Positions 55,205-64,000 of a stretch of 64,000 bases of DNA are shown piece after piece. The notes beneath the pieces are model-generated. The model saw nothing but the letters and a program-made list of their open reading frames with translations, had not been told where the DNA came from and searched no databases. This stretch comes from Lama guanicoe (lineage: Eukaryota): NCBI GenBank assembly GCA_013239625.1, contig MU054098.1, positions 496,001 to 560,000 of the forward strand, written 5' to 3'. The position numbers and the translations under genes were made by a program. Position 1 is the stretch's first letter, and each line of letters starts with the position of its first letter.

Positions 55205-57101
55205 GACAACCACAGAAAGAGAAACAAGAAAAAAGATTGTATGGCGATTAAACAACATGCTATTAAAAAACCAATGAGTCAATATGAAATCAAAGAGGAA
55301 ATTAAAAAATACCTTGAGACAAATGATAATGAAAACACAACCACACAAAATCTACGGGAGGCAACAAAAGCAGTCCCAAGAGGGAAGTTCATAGTGACAT
55401 AGGCTTTCCTCAAGACACAAGAACAATCTCAAATAAACAACCTAACCTATCACCTAAAAGAATTAGAAAAAGAAAAACAAAAGAAACCTAAAGTCAGCAG
55501 AAGGAAAGAAATAATAAAGATCAGGGAGGAAATAAATAAAATAAACATTTAAAAAATAGAAAAAAATCAATCAAACCAAGAGCTGGTTTTTGGCAAGAGT
55601 AAACAAAATTGAAAAACCTTTGGCTAGACTTAACAAGAAGAAAAGTGAGGGGACCCAAATAAACAAAATAAGAAATGACAAAGGAGAAATTACAACCAAC
55701 ATACAGAAATACAAAAAAAAAAACTGATACAGGAAAAGTGAATGTGGGGCCAGAGGATGGCTGTGTCCCAGGACTTGGTTGAGGCCCTGGAATGTGCCTT
55801 GCCAAGTGTAGGTCCTTGGCTTTGTGCAGGAAAGAATTCAAGAGTGAGCCACGGTTAAGTAAAGAGATTTATTTAGAGAGATATGTACTACATAGAGTGT
55901 AGGCTGTTTCAGAAGGCAAGAGAAAGGCCCCGAGGTGCAGGGGTTGGGTGCTCAGGTTAAAGTAAAAATAGATACACACTCCATAGACAGATTGTGGGCT
56001 ATCTCTGAAGACAAGCAAGGGAGCAAAAAGGCCACAAGGTGTGGTGTTGCCAGTTTTTATGGGCTCTGTAGCTTCACATGCCAACAAATGGGAGAACCAT
56101 TCCACCTCCGCTGGGGAAGGGGCTTGGATTCCCAGGAATTGGGCCATGGCCCACTCTTTGACCTTTTATGGTCAGCCTCAAAGCTGTCATAACACCTGTG
56201 GGAGTGTCATTTACCATGTTAATATATTACCACAAGCATATGAAGCTCAAGGTCTACTGGGAGTTGAATCTTCCACCATTTTGTTGTTAATTGCTGTGTT
56301 CCTTGAATGGCTACGCCCTGCCCCCTTCCTTCCTGTCTCAAAACCATAAGAGAATACTATGAACAATCATATGCCAACAAATTGGACAACCTAGAAGAAA
56401 TGAGCAAGTTTCTAGATACATACAGCCTACCAAAACTGAATCAAGAAGAAATAGATCACTTGAACAGACCAATCACTGTAAGTGAAATAGAGTCGGTAAT
56501 AAAAAAAACTCCTTGCAAACAAAAGCCCAGGACCAGAAAATTTCACTGGGGAATTCTACCAAATATATAAAGAAGAACTTATACCAATCCTTCTCAAACT
56601 CTTCCAAAAGACTAAAGAGAAGAGAATACTCCCAAACTCATTCTATGAAGCCAACGTCACCCTGATACCAAAACCAGACAAAGACACTACCAAGAAAAAA
56701 AAAAAATTACAGGCCAATATCTTTGATGAATATTGATGCAAAAATTCTCAAAAAAAATTAGCAAACCAAATCCAACAGCACATAAAAAAGATAGACTACA
56801 ATCAAGTTGGATTCATGACAGGGTCACAAGATTGGTTCAACATATGCAAATCAATCAATGTGATACACCACATCAACAAAAGAAAGGACAAAAACCACAT
56901 GATCAATAGATGCAGAAAAAGCATTTGATAGAACTCAACATCCATTCAGATAAAAACTCTTACCAAAGTGGGTATAGAGGGAACATATCTCAACATAATA
57001 AAAGCTATCTATGACAAACCTACAGCCAGCATAGTACTCAAAGGTGAGAAACTTAAAAGCTTCCCACTAAAATCTGGGACAAGACAAGGATACTTACTCT
57101 C
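55205..57101 (+). mobile_element. L1 ORF2 fragment (post-endonuclease to RT), split by an LTR, no 3' end
   Basis: [41 protein letters not shown] remnants. Confidence 0.9.
55725..56340 (-). mobile_element. ERV1 solo LTR (MER41-like, artiodactyl type)
   Basis: TGA...TCA termini, perfect 4-bp TSD AAAC, caggaaagaattcaagagtgagcc motif; the L1 resumes collinearly on both sides. Confidence 0.88.
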
Positions 57102-57499
57102 AAATGTAGGTTGGACCCCTTTTAGAAGGCCGCCACTGGGGGCAAAGAGATCTTCAGAGATTTTGCCATTCATGTGAGTCTAGGATGACAAAACTGGAAA
57201 TTTGAAAGGCCTCTCCAAAACATTGTTATTTCCTGCTCAAGACATTTAACAAATTGTGAAACTGAAAATTTCTGGAGAGCAGAACTGAATCTCTTAACAA
57301 TCTTTCAGGCCAAGGAGACAAAGCTCTACCAAGATTTCAGATGAAGACAATGGAGGGACATGCCATAGGATCACAGATGTTGTAGAGGTAAAGAACCTTA
57401 TAAAAATTTAAATCCAGCAAAAATCAGCTCAACCCTTGGTTAGATTGTCATGATCACTCCCTCCTCTCACATCATATCTTATTAGCTTAATAGACGAAA

Positions 57500-58330
57500 G
57501 GTAGGCCACCTGTGGTAGAAGATAGCATCATTTAGAGTTTCTATGGTTCTTTAATTCATAATGTTGGATAAACAATAAAAATTATGAGACATATTATGAG
57601 GCAAGATGATGTGACAGATTGTCAAGAGAAAAAAAAAGATATAAAGCACCTTCACAGGTGATCAAGATTTTGAAGTTAGTAGAAAATATTTTAAAATAAC
57701 TATGACTAGAATTTTTAACTTAATAGAGAAAATGAACAAATAAATAACTGGATTATTTCATTTTAGAATTGGAATCTATAAAAATAATTAAATGGGAATT
57801 CTGGAACTGACACGTGCAATATCTGAAATTAATAACTCGATAGGTGAGTTTAACAATATGTTATACATCAATTGCAGAAATAGTTAAATAGGTGCTAAGT
57901 TAATAGAAAATATATAAGCTGAAGTAAAGAGAGAAAAATAAAATGGACTAGAAATAGGTGACAGTTTAAGAGACACGTAAAACATTTTCAAAAGGTTGAA
58001 CATGTAGGTAATTAGGGTCCCAGGATTAGAGAAGGGCGATAAGGCAGAAGCACTATTCAAAGAGTACAGAAATGATGCTTGAAATTAATGAAAGATCTCA
58101 ACCCATCTATTCAAGAAGCGGAGTGAACAAGCAAAACATATACAAAAGAAAGCCACAGTTAGACACATTATAAACTCCTGAAAATCAAAGATAAATAAAA
58201 CCTGAGAATTTTTATCACAAGCAATTCTGAACTAAAGCAATTGTTAAAGGGAATATTTCAGACAGAAGGAAAATGAACCCTGATGGAAACAGAAATCATA
58301 GAGTAACTGAACAACAAAATTCAGAATTTG
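57500..58330 (+). mobile_element. Old L1 5'/ORF1 fragment
   Basis: A-rich; gaaattaataactc..., taattagggtcccagga, gaaagatctcaacccatctattcaagaagc. Confidence 0.6.
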
Positions 58331-58347
58331 ACATAACTGATTACAAA

Positions 58348-58745
58348 TATTTGTTTCCTATTGCTGCTATAACAAACTACCACAAACTTAGTGACTTAAA
58401 ACAAGACAAATGTATTTTATAATTCTGGAGGTTAGAAATCTTAAATCAGTCTCATTGGGCTAAAGTTAAGGTTTCAGCAGGGCTGGTTCCTTCTGGAAGC
58501 TTTGAGGAGAGTGTATTAATCTGGGTTGTCCAGAGAAACAGAACCAATAGGAGATTATCTATTTATCTATCTATCTATCAATCATCTATCTATCTATTGA
58601 GAGAAGATTTGTTATAAGGAATTTGCTCATGTGAGATTATGAAGTCTGAAAAGTCCCAAGATGTGTAGTTGGCAAGCTGGAGACCCAGGAGAGCTGATGC
58701 GCATTTCCAGTCTGAGTCTAAAGGCCTGAAAACCAGGAAACATTG
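58348..58745 (-). mobile_element. MLT1 LTR fragment (to about 58511) followed by an MLT2 LTR fragment with (ATCT)n
   Basis: tttcctattgctgctataacaaactaccacaaacttagtg; tgtattaatctgggttgtccagagaaacagaaccaatagg. Confidence 0.8.
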
Positions 58746-58749
58746 TTCA

Positions 58750-59005
58750 TAAGAGTATAACATCAGAACCATTCCCTTTAAAGTCAGGTAAATGGTCAGG
58801 ATGCCTATTATTACTATTTCTATTTAATATACACCAGGAGGACCTATCCAGCATAGTATGACCAAAATTACTATGACTATCAAGTTTGAAATAAATAAGA
58901 TCATTTGAAATAATATGGTTTCTAAATTGAAAACCCAAAACAAGTTACAGGTAACTATTTTTGGAAATACGAGAATTTAGCAAGGTGAGTAGGTTGAATA
59001 AACCA
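58750..59005 (+). mobile_element. Old L1 ORF2 RT fragment
   Basis: ttccctttaaagtcagg...gaaaacccaaaa...gagaatttagcaaggt. Confidence 0.6.
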
Positions 59006-59007
59006 AA

Positions 59008-60561
59008 ATCAGAGGTTGGTTCATGAGGTTTAAGGAAAGAAGCCGTCTCCATAACATAAAGGTGCAAGGTGAAGCAGCAAGTGCTGATGTAGAAGCTGCA
59101 GCCAGTTATCCAGAAGGACTAAGACAATTAATGAAGGTGGCTGCACTAAGTAAGAGATTTTTGATGTAGATGAAACAGCTTTCTTTTGGAAGAAAATGCC
59201 ATCTAGGACTCTGATAGCTAGAGAGAATTCAACACCTGGCTTCAAAGCTTCAAAGGACAGGCTGACTCTCTTGTTAGGGGCTATTGTAGCTGGTGACTTT
59301 AAGTTGAAGCCAATGCTCATTTATCATTCTGAAAATCCTGGGGCCCTTAAGAATTATGCTAGACATACTCTGCCTGCACTGTATAAATGGAACATAACCT
59401 GGATGACAACACAAATGTTTACAACATGGGTCACTGAATATTTTAAGCCCACTGTTGAGACCTACTGCTCAGAAAGAAAAGATTCCTTTCAAAATATTCC
59501 TTCTCATTGACAGTGTAACTGGTCACCCAAGAGCTCTGATGAAGACATACAATGATATTCATATTGTTTTCATGGCTGGTAACACAACATTCATTCTGCA
59601 GCCCATGGATAAGAAGTCATTTCAACCATCAAGTCTTCTGTTTTAGGAAATACATTTTGTAGAGCTATAGCTACCATAGTGATTCCTCTGATGAATCTGG
59701 GCAAAGTCAATTGAAAACCTTCTGAAAAGCATTCATCATTCTAGATGCTGTTAAAAACAGTCATGATTCTTGGGGAGAGGTCAAAATATCAATGTAAACA
59801 GGAGTTTGGAAGAAATTGATTCCAGCCTTCATGGATGATGTTGAGGCGTTTACGGCTTGAGTGGAGGAAGTCACTGCAGATGTGATGGAAATAGCAAGCA
59901 AACTAGAATTAGAAGTGGAACTGGAAGATGTGACTGAGTTACTGCAATCTCATGGTAAAAGTTTAATGGATGAGAATTTACTTCTTATGGATGAAAAAAG
60001 AAAGTGGTTTCTTGAGATGGACTCTACTCCTGATGAAGATTCTGTGAAGACTGTTGAAATGACAACAAAAGATTTAGAATAGTCCTTCAACTCATTTGAT
60101 AAAGCTAGAGGCAGGGCTTGAGTTGACTCCAGTTTTAAAAGAAGCTCCTCTGTGGGTGAAATGCTATCAGGCAGCATTGCATGCTACAGAAAAAAATTGT
60201 TCATGAAAGGAAGAGTCAGTCAATGCAACAAACTTCATTCTTGTCTTATTTTAAGAAATTGCCACAGCCTTTCCAAACTTCAGTGACCACCACCCTGATC
60301 AGTCAGCAGCCATCAACACTGAGGCAAGACTCTCCACCAGAAAACAGATTGTGACTCACTGAAGCCTCAGTTGATGACTAGCATTTTTTAGCAATAAATT
60401 ATTTTTTAAATTAAGGTATATACTTTTTTTAGACACAATGCTGCTGTACACTTAATAGACTAAAGCATAGTGTAAACATAACTTTCATATGTACTTACTT
60501 TATTATGATATTTGCTTTATTACTGTGATCTGGAACCATCAGCATCTCAGAGATATGCCTG
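59008..60561 (+). mobile_element. Tigger1 DNA transposon, 5'-truncated, with decayed pogo-family transposase
   Basis: [52 protein letters not shown] remnants; right TIR atctcagagatatgcctg followed by TA. Confidence 0.95.
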
Positions 60562-60879
60562 TAGTACATTTATGCATATTTTGAATTCTTAGAAATCATA
60601 ACAGAAGAATAATTTTATGGAGGAGCAGGCAACTTTCCAGAGAAGATTTCTTTATTAACACAAATGTAATATGTCAAAGTGATATATTTTGGGGTACCAA
60701 ATCCTGAACTCCATCAACTTTTTCACTGTGTATTTTTGGCTGCATATATTTGATAACCTCTTCATATGTCAATAGTTTAATAGGATTTTGCTATAGAATC
60801 TTTTGGATGATAAGCTAGTCTGCTTCTATTATGATTGATGAAAAAGTTACATTCCAATGACTTCTTTATTTTATAACTT

Positions 60880-61345
60880 TCACACTATCTGTTTTGCTAT
60901 GCCCAAAACACATCAGACCCCTTCCTATTTTAGGACCCTTGCTTTTGTTCTTTCTTCTGCTTATAATGCTCTTCCCCAGGATATCCTCAGGGATCACTCC
61001 CTCACCTCCATCAGGTCTTTGCTCAAATATTACTTTTTCAGTGAGACCTTCACTGACCTTATAGATTAACCCCATTTAAAATTGCACCCCTTTGCCATAA
61101 CCCTCTATATTCCTCTTTCTTTTTTCTTCATAGTGCTCACACTTTACATCATATAACATACTTACAACTTAGCTAAATATATGTCTCCCCTGAATAGAAT
61201 TTAAGCTGTATGAGTACAGAGATTTTTTTTTTTGGCCTGTTTTGTTTACACTTCATCCCCAGTACCTAAAGAAATGCCTGGCAAATAGTATTTGTTCAGC
61301 AAATATTAGTTGAATAAAATAATAAATGAATGAATGACTAGTGAG
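60880..61345 (+). mobile_element. L2 3' end
   Basis: ccccagtacctaaagaaatgcctggc...aaatattagttgaataaaataataaatgaatgaatg. Confidence 0.8.
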
Positions 61346-61394
61346 TGAAGGCCAAATGTGAAGTTTGTTTTTTTAAGCTGATCGCATTCAAATG

Positions 61395-61620
61395 TGTCCT
61401 GAAAAGTGGAAAATAACCACTTCCCCTCAAGTACCAGGAGAAGTTCATAGAGGAAACTGATGGACAGAGAGAGCGAGGTGGTAGGGCAGCTCACACCTGA
61501 AGCACTTGGGCTCCTCAGCGGCGGGTCTGTCCGTCTCAGCGGAACCGCGAGTCCTCAGGCCAGCTGTGCCAAAAACACTGTTTAAATGCAGTCTTACTGT
61601 TGTGTATGAAGTCAGGTAAC
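61395..61620 (+). promoter_or_regulatory. Candidate promoter / first exon
   Basis: Unique sequence with 7 CpGs in 61474-61549, ETS/PU.1-like CACTTCCCCTC, IRF/NFAT-like GAAAAGTGGAAAA, donor CAG|gtaac at 61616. Confidence 0.4.
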
Positions 61621-63280
61621 TTATGTAAACTCTGTCGAGTATGAAGTTGTGTTACTTCATAAAACACAAAACTGCAATGTTTGTGAGAACTTAATTGTTA
61701 ACATACAAATCCCACACACTGTTTCAGGCCCATTACAAGGTGGATTTGATTATATAAAAAAAGGGCTTATAATATTAAATTTGAATTATTCCTTGTTACT
61801 TCCAGTTTTTCCTACGGTCTCATATGGAAGATGCTGGAACAATTACACAGTCTGTGGTAAACAACTCCTATTTACCAGGGAAAGCCTTAAAGTCGTTTGA
61901 AGATAATTCAGACAAACTCTTCCAATACCCATAGTTCAGTTAATAAAGGGAATAGCAAACATGCTGTTAATCATGTTAAATATATTTTAATAATACTATT
62001 CTGAACCTGCAACTTTGCCAGTTCAAGAGGTTGATAAAAATTTATGACTGCTATTTTAAAAAATTATTTGTGTTCAAAATTTATGACTCTGTAGTCCTGT
62101 GCTTATCTCCTTTGTTTATTTCATTTTTCCAGCAGTACTCAAAGTTGTGTTTATTGTGTTTATGTAGAGACATCAATATATTTCCCATAACTGCTCTCAT
62201 TTTATTTATAATAATACAAAATATGATAAAATATATAATGTTTTTCCCCCAATGGTATTAAAACTTGACTGGCATGAATATATTTGTGATATAATTCATT
62301 TGCAAACTGTGCTATTTAATAACTTATAATTTTAATCATTTCAACTTCTGTAGCTTATTTCTAATAGACTATTTGTACAGTTTTAATAAAAACTACCTTG
62401 GACTTCTTGTTCAGAATTGCAATTATATCCCACATCTTTAACACTCCTTCTTTCCCAGTTTTTGTTAAGGTAATTCAAGGAATACAATAATTTGAGTAAA
62501 CTCTGGATCAGTGCTAGAAGTAGGGAAGTTGCCAGCAAATAGAGCAACTAGCTCAAATTTCTAAAGGATATATAAAAGATGCGACCAAAATATAGGGATT
62601 TTTGCCATTACTTTGATATCCAAAGTATGCAAAGAAAAAAAATCTCCAAAGGAGGTAATTCCAGGGCTAAGAAAAGAACTATACGAGCTAACTGGCTGGG
62701 GAGGGTAGATAGCAAACCTGCCAGCATCAGCGTCATGAGGAATTGACCACATTCTTTAAGACTTAACCTTTCAGAAGACAGTCTTGCTTGCAGTCTAAGG
62801 GGTTTTAAGAAGTTGGTCACGTAAGTCATTCCTCCTAGAAAGAAATGAGACTGATGCACTGTCACTAGTGTTCCTAGAGCATAATACTAGAAGTCTCTGT
62901 CCATTCGATCCCAAGAGATGATTCATACAGGTTGTAAACAAGGGCAGGAAATGGACACATATATTTATCTACAAAATTCTTACATATTTCATTTTCCAGA
63001 AAGTGTATATACATACAGCTGTTAAATGTTTCTATTATAGAGTAAGAGAAAGAAATCTGTCTTTCAGTGCTTTGAATGGAGATGAAATGTAAAAAGTAAA
63101 GCTTGAATTTCATTATTGTTAATTAATACTACTCAGGGAAGGTTATAAAAGTTGAGATCCAGACACTTTTCCCCTTCTAAGCAGTTACCAGTGTATGACT
63201 ATGAAGACTGACTTTGGGCTTGGCTTTCTCTTTCTCCGTTTCTTCAATTTGGAACAGATAAAAAATAACTATGGCTCTCT

Positions 63281-63336
63281 GAAGAAAAGAAAGAAAGAAA
63301 AATGGAAAAAAAGAAAGGAAGGAAGGAAGGAAGAAA
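63281..63336. repeat. GA-rich (GAAA/GGAA)n low-complexity tract
   Basis: Read directly. Confidence 0.8.
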
Positions 63337-64000
63337 CTTCACTAACAGCTGAAAAGCACTGAAAGTAATATCTGACCATTAATATTATATTAGGTAAAAA
63401 AATAAAGGTGGTATATAAAAACACTGATACTTCTCTGTTTCTTGCTGTTTTGAGATTTTTATCTCATTCATTTTATAAATAGTCAATGAATTAGATGGAG
63501 GGAAACACAGAGAAAGAGGCACTCCAGATTTTGACAAGACACTAAACTACAGGAATGCATAATAACTAAAGCAGGATCCTTAATTACAGTGGGTTCCTAA
63601 ATGAGACCCAGCATGACAGTTAAATAGGAAGTTAGTGCTATGGTCATCATATATGGCTGGGCAGACTTTGTGAGGTGCTATACACTTATACTGCCACAGT
63701 CATGCAACTCCTTGGCTCTGGCTGATGCCCAAAGTAATTTAGGGCTCTCCCAGCTAATCCAGTCGAATTAAATTACAATCTTTATTTTGTTATAATATGT
63801 TATATGCATTCTAGAAAAATAAATCTCACATACTACACAATATTTCACTAAAAATAACAAGACTTATTGAAAAATAAGTTTGAAGTGGCTGCTTTGAAAC
63901 ATATGCAACTTTGTAACTAGTGCATTAACAAAACCAGTAACAATTGTAACCAAAATAGCAGTCTAGTTAAAGTGTTCAGGAGGATATTTCATCCATAAAA

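Noticed and set aside
57128..57145. CTCF site (ccgccactgggggca)
   Set aside because: One base short of the core consensus spacing
59196..60082. Domesticated TIGD-type transposase gene
   Set aside because: Multiple frameshifts and stops, N-terminus missing; an ordinary Tigger1 relic
1..64000. CRISPR arrays, tRNA/rRNA genes, prokaryotic systems
   Set aside because: Mammalian DNA; no spaced repeats or recognisable structural RNA genes seen

Overview
AT-rich, CpG-depleted placental-mammal genomic DNA, largely made of transposable-element relics (L1 of several ages, L2, MIR, ERV/MaLR LTRs, Tigger, hAT). The young L1 3' ends are cetartiodactyl-type, and I saw no ruminant, pig, whale, horse, carnivore or primate SINEs, so a camelid source is likely (inference). 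No known protein-coding gene is recognisable, and nearly all listed ORFs are repeat-derived or chance. The notable items are: (i) four candidate + strand exons in unique sequence (8869-8918, 10103-10165, 17004-17083, 18201-18337) that splice in frame into an unrecognised 102-aa ORF; (ii) a young, CpG-rich 893-bp solo LTR with a perfect 6-bp TSD (ERVK-like); (iii) seven solo LTRs within 7.5 kb (48.9-56.3 kb); (iv) a twin-primed L1 and two inverted L1 pairs; (v) a promoter/first-exon-like element at about 61.4-61.6 kb. Repeat family names come from remembered consensus sequences, not from a database search. I found no convincing novel biological system.
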